DNA from: Pseudomonadota bacterium
Lineage (GTDB): Bacteria > Desulfobacterota > Desulfobacteria > Desulfobacterales > RPRI01
NCBI GenBank assembly: GCA_043825875.1
Contig: JBDRRF010000024.1
Location: forward strand, 1 to 64,000
Reading direction: 5' to 3'
Length of the DNA: 64,000 nucleotides
A program made the position numbers and the translations under genes. How positions within the stretch are numbered: position 1 is the stretch's first letter; each line of letters begins with the position of its first letter. A model generated the notes under the pieces. That model had not been told where the DNA came from, searched no databases, and worked only from the letters and a program-made list of their open reading frames with translations. Shown piece by piece: positions 21,633 through 29,724 of the stretch.

Positions 21633-22139
21633 ATGATCAGGCTTTACACGGCAATCATATGTTTGGTATTCCCAGTTTTCTTTTCTTGTGCTTGGTTTGA
21701 TGCTGGAATGAAAATCAAGAGCACAAGCTTAGAACTGCCATGTGGACATAAGACCGAGCAATGTATTCTTCTAAAGAAACTGATCGGACCATGTGAGGGA
21801 AAAGATTTCGAAACCACCCAAAAAGTGCGCGACAATTACAATGTTGGGCGAACAGCTTATGTGGTTTCCAACTGGAAGGACTTTCTCCAATGCCAGAACG
21901 ATCTCTTCCGAGCCCCCTTTTTTGAAAAAGAAATCACGAAGGAATTCTTCGAGGACAACTCGTTAGGGGTCGTTTTTGCTGTAACAGCAGGATCTGTGTA
22001 TCACAAAAATGAAAAAGTGTCGATTCGTGACGGCAAATGTATATTCAGCTACGAAACGTGGTCGGAGAAGGCTGAAGGTCCTGTGCCAGCATGTATCTGG
22101 GAATCGCTTTACGTGTTTAAATTGAAGAAGGATTTCTAA
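21633..22139 (+). CDS. Cassette 5 putative lipoprotein
   Basis: Hydrophobic N-terminus ending FFSC; cassette ends GTTAGAA/TTCTAAC are perfectly complementary. Confidence 0.78.
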   Translation: MIRLYTAIICLVFPVFFSCAWFDAGMKIKSTSLELPCGHKTEQCILLKKLIGPCEGKDFETTQKVRDNYNVGRTAYVVSNWKDFLQCQNDLFRAPFFEKEITKEFFEDNSLGVVFAVTAGSVYHKNEKVSIRDGKCIFSYETWSEKAEGPVPACIWESLYVFKLKKDF

Positions 22140-22196
22140 CGAGGCGGTGCACTGGATCGCCGAAACAGCTGGTTCCCAGTGACATAGATGTTCTGT
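22134..22196 (+). other. attC site 5
   Basis: TTCTAAC...GTGCACTGGA...CCCAGTGAC...GTTCTGT. Confidence 0.8.
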
Positions 22197-22254
22197 GCAA
22201 TAAAAGAGTGGTTATTTAAATTTCATTTTCAAAAAACCGGAAATCATAAAAAAT

Positions 22255-22446
22255 ATGAGTAGAAGCATTCATAAAACAGTAAAAGGGGTTTTTGGGAATA
22301 AATCCCAGAGCCAAATTAACAAAATGATTAATGAAGATGACCCTGATGTTGAAGAGTTAGCTCAAAAATCCTTTTACAAATCGGAACAAAAAAATAAAAG
22401 AAAGAATAAGAAAGTTCATCAAGAAATTAATGATGAAGAAATATGA
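22255..22446 (+). CDS. Cassette 6 small charged protein
   Basis: MSRSIHKT...; cassette ends GTTCTGTGCAAT/ATTGCACAGAAC complementary over 12 bp. Confidence 0.7.
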   Translation: MSRSIHKTVKGVFGNKSQSQINKMINEDDPDVEELAQKSFYKSEQKNKRKNKKVHQEINDEEI

Positions 22447-22451
22447 ATTGC

Positions 22452-22583
22452 ACAGAACAAAACGCTGAACTTGGACCGGGCTATACGTTGCAGTGTTTGT
22501 AAGCTGTTTTTTATCAATCGTTTTAGCTATCTGGCCCGTGTCGCTATGCGCCGCCCGGCCCGTTGACTCCTCGATCTGTAGGC
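22452..22583 (+). other. attC site 6 (long; right end degenerate)
   Basis: ACAGAAC...GGACCGGGC...GCCCGGCCC; no intact right-hand GTT. Confidence 0.65.
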
Positions 22584-22587
22584 ATAA

Positions 22588-22956
22588 ATGAATAAAATTG
22601 CACGTAAAATTGATAAATATTCATTTAAGATTTTAATCTATGTTTTTATCGCGGCTGTGATTTTCAGTATCATTTTTCGCGCATATTGCCATTTTTATTA
22701 CGCCCCCGAATATTACGGTTCGTGGAAAAATATTTTTACGGCTCCTATAATTGACATAAATTATATTAAAGACTTTTTCAGAAGCTCAATAAACATAATT
22801 TTTTTATCAATCATTATTGTTTCTCCCTTTTTGACTTATGGAGTCACAGCTATTTGCTCAAAGATAGTTGAAAATGAGGATGCGCAAAAATTAAAAGAAG
22901 AATTAAAGAATCATTTTAATAAATCAAATAAAAGGAAGAAAAAGAAGAAAATATAA
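22588..22956 (+). CDS. Cassette 7 membrane protein with a basic tail
   Basis: Two TM segments; stop lies within ATATAAC. Confidence 0.72.
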   Translation: MNKIARKIDKYSFKILIYVFIAAVIFSIIFRAYCHFYYAPEYYGSWKNIFTAPIIDINYIKDFFRSSINIIFLSIIIVSPFLTYGVTAICSKIVENEDAQKLKEELKNHFNKSNKRKKKKKI

Positions 22957-23013
22957 CAATGCTGCTTTACAAGGATGTCTCGTAACTTGCCACCTGTGAT
23001 CAGCCTGTTGAAC
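22951..23013 (+). other. attC site 7
   Basis: ATATAAC...TTACAAGGATG...CACCTGTGA...GTTGAAC. Confidence 0.65.
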
Positions 23014-23026
23014 TATAGCCGAACTG

Positions 23027-23932
23027 ATGGAAGAAATAGAACCCAAAGTATATGAAATTGAAACGAGTTTTAGAAAGCTGACTGCAATTAGCAGTTGGAT
23101 TTCTCTCGCATTCCCTATTTTATTTATCGCATTACCATTTGTTCCCGACAACGGACCCACAATAAATCCAATTGTTATATATTCTCTTTCGATTTTGGGA
23201 GCATTATTCTTTTTGTTCATTACCTGTTATTTATTTAGGATAAAAAAGCAGCTTCCATTCCGTGCTATTTCAATTGATAACGATGGTATATGGCCATTAC
23301 ACAAGGAAAAGAAAGAATCATTGATCTCATGGAAGTCAATTGCCAATATAAAAGAACGCCCAGCTATGCAACGATTAGATCTTATTGGGCAAGATGGATC
23401 GCTCCTGCTTAAAATTGAATATCAACTTGAAAACTTCGATAGACTTCGTAATCTCCTGATTGATAGAATTGACATTAAACAATATCAGTATCTCCCGATA
23501 ATTTTTTCCAAAAAAATAATTTACCATCTGTTTTACTTCATATGTATTTTGGGGCTTTTATCTCTTGGTTGGCATGTGGGACAAAAAAGGCCTGTATTTG
23601 GTTATGGTGCTGCGGCGATTTTGGCAATTGGGATTTGTTATGAGTATTTTACTACAATTTGGTGTTTGTCGATAGATCATCACGAATTATCCTACAAGTA
23701 CCCTTTACTGTCACGGCATGTTCAATATCGGGACGTTATCAAAGTAAATTTGTCTGACACGTTTGTTAATGGCGCAAGGCTTCCTGAAGTTTATGTAGAT
23801 TTAAAAAATGACACTAAACCAATAAAGCTTGAAAAGCTAGGAGTGGATGCTGTGATCTTGTATAAAACTTTAAACAGGATATTTGATATAAAATCAGCCG
23901 ACTTAAGAAATGTGGATCAAGTCTACGCATGA
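23027..23932 (+). CDS. Cassette 8 membrane protein with two tandem 2TM + PH-like modules
   Basis: Repeated pattern of a TM pair followed by ISIDNDGI/LSIDHHEL...ISWKSI/VQYRDV. Confidence 0.75.
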   Translation: MEEIEPKVYEIETSFRKLTAISSWISLAFPILFIALPFVPDNGPTINPIVIYSLSILGALFFLFITCYLFRIKKQLPFRAISIDNDGIWPLHKEKKESLISWKSIANIKERPAMQRLDLIGQDGSLLLKIEYQLENFDRLRNLLIDRIDIKQYQYLPIIFSKKIIYHLFYFICILGLLSLGWHVGQKRPVFGYGAAAILAIGICYEYFTTIWCLSIDHHELSYKYPLLSRHVQYRDVIKVNLSDTFVNGARLPEVYVDLKNDTKPIKLEKLGVDAVILYKTLNRIFDIKSADLRNVDQVYA

Positions 23933-23970
23933 CCTTTAGCATATTCAATAATTGGTCAAATATTGACTTG

Positions 23971-24024
23971 ACCCAACTTTTTGGGACGCGCAAAGACCGC
24001 GCGCCCCAAAGCAGCGCGTTCGGT
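23971..24024 (+). other. attC site 8
   Basis: ACCCAAC-TTTTTGGGACGCGCAAAGACCGCGCGCCCCAAA...GTTCGGT. Confidence 0.7.
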
Positions 24025-24031
24025 TTTTGAA

Positions 24032-24577
24032 ATGGAAATAATAATATACCGTCATGCCAAGCCGAAGGTTTCTGACAAGGAAATAATTTCTGGTCGCGAT
24101 TTTCCACAGTGGGTTCAAAGGTATGATGAATCAGGGATTTATAACAACAAGATTGTATGTACAAAGGAAGATGTTGTTTATACTAGTAATCTTTTAAGAA
24201 GTATAGAAACAGGACATTTAATTGGAAAAAGGATTATTAAAAACCCGCTAATAATGGAAGCAGGAATCCCATTGATTCGCTTCCCAGCAGTTCGCCTCAA
24301 GGCAAAGAAATGGTTGTTTGTTTCGAGATTGTTGTGGATACTGGGATTCAAAACGGAGTGCGAATCATTGGCGGATGTAAAAATAAGAGTAATAAAAGCA
24401 GTTGATAGCTTCGAGTCCCAGCTTTCCGGAAATGAACGAGTTGTAATTGTTGGGCATGGTTTCACCAATTGGTTGATAAAAAGGGAACTATTGTATCGCG
24501 GCTGGTTTTTAAAGCAAAAAACTTCGAACAAAAGTTTCTTAAGCAAAATGATATTTGAAACCAAATCTGTTGTTTAA
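24032..24577 (+). CDS. Histidine phosphatase (phosphoglycerate-mutase-like), cassette 9
   Basis: IIIYRHAKP, TSNLLRSIET, IVGHG; start placed at the ATG after attC 8. Confidence 0.85.
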   Translation: MEIIIYRHAKPKVSDKEIISGRDFPQWVQRYDESGIYNNKIVCTKEDVVYTSNLLRSIETGHLIGKRIIKNPLIMEAGIPLIRFPAVRLKAKKWLFVSRLLWILGFKTECESLADVKIRVIKAVDSFESQLSGNERVVIVGHGFTNWLIKRELLYRGWFLKQKTSNKSFLSKMIFETKSVV

Positions 24578-24672
24578 CTCAGACGGCTGTTTCCGGTGTG
24601 TTTTGAAAAACTGTGCTGTTAAGATATTTCTTACTTACCAGCAGGCCATCGCTGCTTAACTCGCTGTTATAT
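24560..24672 (+). other. attC site 9 (left end degenerate)
   Basis: AAACCAAAT partly complements the cassette start GTTCGGTTT; TTAACTCAGACGGC/GCCATCGCTGCTTAAC; GTTATAT. Confidence 0.6.
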
Positions 24673-24697
24673 CAACTTAAAATAGGATAAGTAAAAT

Positions 24698-25057
24698 ATG
24701 ATTAAAATAGAGAAACCTACAATCATTAAGGCTGCAGGAAATAAACCAAAAATTATTGAAGAATTTATCGGACGTGTTAATTCCGGGACGAACGATCTAA
24801 GCATTGCAAAAATGAAGAGCCCTTCAGGATGGATAGAACCGGGCCAGAAACCAGAGTTCGATGAATATACAATTGTTCTTAAAGGAATGTTACGGGTGAC
24901 GACCAAAGAAAATACTGCTGACATAAATGCAGGAGAAGCCATTATTGTACCTTCTGGAAAATGGGTTCAATACAGCACACCGGGTTCTGAAGGCGCTGAA
25001 TATATAGCAGTATGTTTACCAGCGTTTTCTCCTGAAACTGTTCATCGTGACGAATAA
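24698..25057 (+). CDS. Cupin-domain protein, cassette 10
   Basis: GWIEPGQKPEFDEYTIVLKG...AGEAIIV...WVQYSTP...AEYIAVCLPAFSP. Confidence 0.88.
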   Translation: MIKIEKPTIIKAAGNKPKIIEEFIGRVNSGTNDLSIAKMKSPSGWIEPGQKPEFDEYTIVLKGMLRVTTKENTADINAGEAIIVPSGKWVQYSTPGSEGAEYIAVCLPAFSPETVHRDE

Positions 25058-25058
25058 A

Positions 25059-25122
25059 TTATAAATTGAAATAGTGATAGGGCCACGAAACAAACCGTGC
25101 GCCCCGTAGTAATTTATTATAA
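25059..25122 (+). other. Highly degenerate attC-like site 10
   Basis: TTATAAA...GGGCCACG...CGTGCGCCC...ATTATAA; both core triplets altered. Confidence 0.4.
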
Positions 25123-25145
25123 TTGAAAAAGAAAAGGAGAAAATC

Positions 25146-25970
25146 GTGAAAAACTGTATTAACTATGTTGTTTTTGTTGCTATACTTGCCTTTGCGATAC
25201 CTTTGTGCGTATCGGCCGAACCCTTGAAACTTTACGCTGCAGGAAGTTTAAAGGCAGCTCTTGGCGATGTGGTGGCTTCTTATGTAAAAACCTATAACAC
25301 AGAAGTAACCACAAAATTTGGTCCCAGCGGCCTTTTGAGAAAAGCTATTGAAGAAGGTGAAAATCCCGATGTTTTCGCTTCTGCGAATATGAAGCATCCT
25401 GAAAAACTTGCTTCTGCGGGATGGGGAAGTCCGGTAGTGCTGTTTGCCCGTAATACGCTTTGTGCATTGGCACAGCCTGATGTAGCGATATCAACGGATA
25501 ATCTGTATGATACCCTGATGGACAAGAACGTTCGGGTGGGTACCTCCACACCAAAGGCAGACCCAAGCGGAGACTATGCATGGGCACTTTTTCAAAAGGC
25601 GGATAAAATAAAGGAGGGGAGTTTCGCAGCTCTTTCCGGAAAAGCTCTCCAACTCACCGGAGGGCCGGACAGTGCCAAGGCTCCCGAAGGACGTAATAAA
25701 TACGGATGGGTGATGAGCGGGAAAAAGGCTGATGTCTTCCTTACTTACTGCACCAATGCGGTATTGGCTAAAAAAGAAGTGCCGGATCTTAAGATTATCA
25801 AAATACCTCAAGAGCTTTCTGTAGGAGCCGATTACGGGCTTATTGTCAGAAGTGGCGCATCTTCTGAAGCATGGCGGCTTGCCATGTATATTTTGTCGCC
25901 TGAGGGTCAAAAGATATTAAGAGAATATGGATTTGAAGCTTCGGCGATTCAGAGAGAAATAGAGAGGTAG
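25146..25970 (+). CDS. ModA-like periplasmic oxyanion-binding protein (orphan)
   Basis: Signal peptide; YAAGSL, FGPSGLL, DVFASAN, STPKADPSGDYA; no modBC adjacent. Confidence 0.85.
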   Translation: MKNCINYVVFVAILAFAIPLCVSAEPLKLYAAGSLKAALGDVVASYVKTYNTEVTTKFGPSGLLRKAIEEGENPDVFASANMKHPEKLASAGWGSPVVLFARNTLCALAQPDVAISTDNLYDTLMDKNVRVGTSTPKADPSGDYAWALFQKADKIKEGSFAALSGKALQLTGGPDSAKAPEGRNKYGWVMSGKKADVFLTYCTNAVLAKKEVPDLKIIKIPQELSVGADYGLIVRSGASSEAWRLAMYILSPEGQKILREYGFEASAIQREIER

Positions 25971-25975
25971 CTCAT

Positions 25976-27202
25976 ATGAGCAAGGAATTTCAAATCGAAC
26001 GTCACAAGAAATTGTTGGAGGAAAAGACCAAGCAGGCTAAACGAGTAGTTTTCGGAGGGCTTTTGTTCGGCATCTTTATACTTGTAAATGTGCTTACGCC
26101 TTACATAAATGATTTGAAAGAGATAAATAAAGTCGAGCTGGAAATTAAAAAGTATAATTCAGAGATTCGGGAAATCGAAAAGACTTTACAGCCACTCAAT
26201 GAACTATCAAAAATACTTGATAGTATACAGAAGTTAGTTGCAAAAAGACCTTGGGATGTTGAAACAAATAAACTTATTAACAAGTTCCGGGAGATGAATA
26301 TCAGAGGGGGAGTAAATTGGAATGATTATCAGGCTGAGGCTGATGCTACAATCAATTCTGTTGCTGCTTTGGTAAATAATGGTGTGATTGAGCCTTTAAA
26401 TAAATTTCTTTCCGACTCTCCTTCTTCAAAAAATCTTATCCCTGAACTTGTCGAAGAGTTAAAAACTCTTCCTGAGACTGTAGACACATGGGTAAGTGAA
26501 AATAAAGGAAAAAGATGGTATCTAACCATTGAAATGAAGACAGCTCAAATTGATAGATTGTCAAATACTCTTGGCAATAAACTTAAATCGGTCTCAAGGA
26601 CGATTGTCCGTGAAAAACCAAACTTGATCAACCGTCAGGCAAATATAAAGGCAAGCTTGGAAAAATTGAGAAACAACCCGGAGTATCGGGACAAAGAAGA
26701 GAGATTGGAAAAACTACGGTCTCAAATGGAAAAGGTCCTGCCTGCCTGGCTTAAGGGTATGATATTTGTTGAACAGATGGTGCAGATTTTTCCATTTATT
26801 ATCGTTATTCTGACAGCATATGTCTTAATTATCGCTTCAGGAGTTGCTTCGCATTATAGATTCCTTGCACGGGAACTTAATTTTGGTGAAGAAGGTTATA
26901 ACGATCCAAGCTTTTCTTCTTTATGGACACTAATATACCGGGGAAGACTCGGCACACTATTGACAGTAAGTGTTTATATCATTTTTATCCTGATTATGTG
27001 GTTTTTCTTTGAGTCCGGAAGAGAAATACTTGCAGGCTGGTTAGAAATCGAAAAAGCCTGGTTTATAAACACTGATAATTTTCCGGTGATTGTATGGCTT
27101 TCCAGAATGTTGCTGGCCTCACTTATTGCTTATACGGCTATATACCCTTATTACCAGAAACGAAAAAGCGATGCGGTGCATACAACATTGGAAAAGAAGT
27201 AA
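25976..27202 (+). CDS. Hypothetical membrane protein with a long coiled-coil domain
   Basis: N-terminal TM, helical charged middle, about three C-terminal TM segments. Confidence 0.75.
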   Translation: MSKEFQIERHKKLLEEKTKQAKRVVFGGLLFGIFILVNVLTPYINDLKEINKVELEIKKYNSEIREIEKTLQPLNELSKILDSIQKLVAKRPWDVETNKLINKFREMNIRGGVNWNDYQAEADATINSVAALVNNGVIEPLNKFLSDSPSSKNLIPELVEELKTLPETVDTWVSENKGKRWYLTIEMKTAQIDRLSNTLGNKLKSVSRTIVREKPNLINRQANIKASLEKLRNNPEYRDKEERLEKLRSQMEKVLPAWLKGMIFVEQMVQIFPFIIVILTAYVLIIASGVASHYRFLARELNFGEEGYNDPSFSSLWTLIYRGRLGTLLTVSVYIIFILIMWFFFESGREILAGWLEIEKAWFINTDNFPVIVWLSRMLLASLIAYTAIYPYYQKRKSDAVHTTLEKK

Positions 27203-27262
27203 TGTAAGTAAATGAAGATTTTTCCAGGAATTTTAAGAGGCTGTGCAGAAGGAGCTATAGAC

Positions 27263-28036
27263 ATGAAAACATCATTTGCGGTTTCAACCGATGGAACACG
27301 CATTGCCTATGACATTAGCGGAGCCGGAGAGTCTATAGTATTGTTGCACGGAGGTTTGCATACCCGGCAGCACTGGCATAATGCGGGTTATGTTGAGCGA
27401 CTTAATAAAGAGTTTAAAGTTATTACTATCGATATCAGAGGCAATGGAGAAAGCGACAAGTATCTTGACCCGGCTTATTATACAACTAAAAAGCATTGCG
27501 AAGATATTCTGGCTGTAGCCGCTGAATGCGGCATCAAGAGCTTTACGGTCTGGGGTTATTCCTATGGCGCAAATATCGGGCGCTATCTGGCCGCCAAATC
27601 GGATTTGGTGGATAAGTTTATCATTTTAGGATACACTTTTGGGCCCGGCGCTTCAGGAACTTTTCGCCAATTTATTCCTGATTTCCATGACCGCTGGGTG
27701 CCAATTTTACAAGCACAGGCAGATAAAACTTTAGATGTTCAAACATTATCAGGAAAAGATCAGGAATTTCTTAAAAGCGGGGAGATACCGATTATACTGG
27801 CGTGGCTTAGCCCAATTCTTGATTGGCCACCGGTTGAACCTGCTGATTTGCTTTGTCCTACACTTTGGCTTGCAGGTTCAAAAAATGATGATGTGATGGC
27901 TAACATGAAAGAATATGAAGCAAATATTGAATCAACAAAAGTCAAAATTAAGGTTTTAGAAGGATTGGATCACTGGCATGAATTTGCAGAGGTTGATCGT
28001 GTCTTATCTGTTGTACTACCTTTTATTAAGTCGTAG
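27263..28036 (+). CDS. Alpha/beta hydrolase
   Basis: LLHGG, DIRGNGES, GYSYG nucleophile elbow, C-terminal DH; AGGAG RBS before 27263. Confidence 0.9.
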   Translation: MKTSFAVSTDGTRIAYDISGAGESIVLLHGGLHTRQHWHNAGYVERLNKEFKVITIDIRGNGESDKYLDPAYYTTKKHCEDILAVAAECGIKSFTVWGYSYGANIGRYLAAKSDLVDKFIILGYTFGPGASGTFRQFIPDFHDRWVPILQAQADKTLDVQTLSGKDQEFLKSGEIPIILAWLSPILDWPPVEPADLLCPTLWLAGSKNDDVMANMKEYEANIESTKVKIKVLEGLDHWHEFAEVDRVLSVVLPFIKS

Positions 28037-28254
28037 AATTTTTTTTGGTGAAACATCCGGCAAATTCATGACTGATCTGAACTCAGGCTTTTTATTTTCT
28101 CTTATAAAGATGGTTAGAAACCTTTACCGGTTTAGAAAGTGTGATTTTTGGAAAACAAGTACTGCAAATAATAACAACGGTATTTTATAGAATAAGTATC
28201 ACCACAGTTATTATTTGCATAAATAAATTATAGATAAATATTAACTATTCTATA

Positions 28255-28722
28255 TTATCGCTGTATCTCCTTAACCGAGAGTATTGCCTCGACAATCTTG
28301 GCATAACCGGTGCAGCGACACATATTTCCTGAAATGGCATCCTTTGCCTCATCCTTTGTAGGATGCGGATTACTATCCAGCAAGGCTTTACCAGACATAA
28401 TCATTCCCGGAGTGCAATAACCGCATTGGACCGCCCCCTTCTCATGAAAGGCCTTCTGAAGCGGGTGAAGTTTGCCATTCTGGGCAAGACCTTCAATGGT
28501 TTGGATATCCTTTCCCTTGGCTGAACTTGCTAAAACAAGACAGGAAAACACTGGTTTTCCATTCAAAAGAACAGTGCAGGCGCCGCAGGAACCCTCGTTA
28601 CAGGCCTCTTTTGTTCCCGTCAAGTGAAGCTCATCCCGTAATACTTCCAAAAGTGTCTGATTTGGTGCTGCCGCCACCTCATAGACTTCCCCGTTCACTT
28701 TTAATTCTACCAGTCTTTTCAT
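28255..28722 (-). CDS. Molybdenum hydroxylase family 2x[2Fe-2S] subunit (HcrC-like)
   Basis: CNEGSCGACTV, QCGYCTPG, CRCTGY. Confidence 0.93.
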   Translation of the reverse strand: MKRLVELKVNGEVYEVAAAPNQTLLEVLRDELHLTGTKEACNEGSCGACTVLLNGKPVFSCLVLASSAKGKDIQTIEGLAQNGKLHPLQKAFHEKGAVQCGYCTPGMIMSGKALLDSNPHPTKDEAKDAISGNMCRCTGYAKIVEAILSVKEIQR

Positions 28723-29723
28723 TACGCTTTCCCCCCCTTAGCTTCTTCCCACACCTTCATGCAGGCACGTTTAACAAATACCCTTACCATCTCTTTTAGA
28801 TACCATGCCGAATAACCATGATTCGGGTAAGGCGCAATTTCTTGATGCGCTTGCAAGGCAGCCTCTTCTATCAGATCATCGCTCAATCTCGCCCCTTCCA
28901 AAACACCTTCCGCCTTAACTGCTTCCACGGGAGCGGAGCTTACAGAGGTAAGCCAAATTTTTGCATTCTTTACTATCTCTTTATCTATCGTCATATAGGC
29001 CGCCGCACCCACAATGGGAAAATCGATTGAGCCACGCTCCCGGTATTTTACATAAGCCCCATAGCTTAAAGAAGACGGCTTTATTATCTGTATCTCCGCT
29101 ATCAGCTCTTCAGGCAATAAGGCATATGCATTTTCTCCCTTGCCGGAATAGATTTGAGAAAGATCAAGAATGCGTTCTCCTTCAGAACCTATAATCCGCA
29201 CCTTTGCACTCAGAGTCAGTAAAACCGGCGCAACATCGCCTGAATAAACGGCAAAACATTTCTTTCCTTTCTTGACCAAATGACAAATATTGCCTCCCCT
29301 CTTAAAACATTTATCCCATACTGACTGCCCGAAAAGATGTGAATGATCATAGTAGAGGCAACGTGTATCCTGGCACAGGTTTCCTCCAAGGGTTGCAAGA
29401 TTACGAATCTGAAGAGAACCTACCGCCTTTGCAGCTTGGGCAAGTGGTGACAGATTACCTTCTATCAAAGGGGATTCCTCCATTTCCCCAAGAGTAACAA
29501 GAGCACCTATTTTAAGAATGTCTCCCTCCTCACTGATCGAGCGCAAACCGGAAATTCCCTGAAGATTGACAAGCGCTTTTGCTTCTGACACCCTTCTTTT
29601 TAGTTTAGGCAATAAGTCAGTTCCCCCGGCAATGCCCTTTGCCTTCCCTTTATGCATAGAGAGCAGATTAACCGCATCCTGTATGGTTTCCGGTTCAAAA
29701 TATTCAAAATTCGGCAGTTTCAT
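28722..29723 (-). CDS. FAD/[4Fe-4S] subunit (HcrB-like)
   Basis: AGGTDL, IRNLATLGGNLCQDTRC followed by an insert with further Cys (KCFKRGGNICH...KKCFA), as in HcrB. Confidence 0.9.
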   Translation of the reverse strand: MKLPNFEYFEPETIQDAVNLLSMHKGKAKGIAGGTDLLPKLKRRVSEAKALVNLQGISGLRSISEEGDILKIGALVTLGEMEESPLIEGNLSPLAQAAKAVGSLQIRNLATLGGNLCQDTRCLYYDHSHLFGQSVWDKCFKRGGNICHLVKKGKKCFAVYSGDVAPVLLTLSAKVRIIGSEGERILDLSQIYSGKGENAYALLPEELIAEIQIIKPSSLSYGAYVKYRERGSIDFPIVGAAAYMTIDKEIVKNAKIWLTSVSSAPVEAVKAEGVLEGARLSDDLIEEAALQAHQEIAPYPNHGYSAWYLKEMVRVFVKRACMKVWEEAKGGKA

Positions 29724-29724
29724 T

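Larger units (their letters stand above)
19495..25122 (+). mobile_element. Integron gene-cassette array without integrase (CALIN)
   Basis: Co-oriented short unrelated ORFs separated by AAC...GTT imperfect palindromes; several cassette ends are mutually complementary; no intI in the window. Confidence 0.85.
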
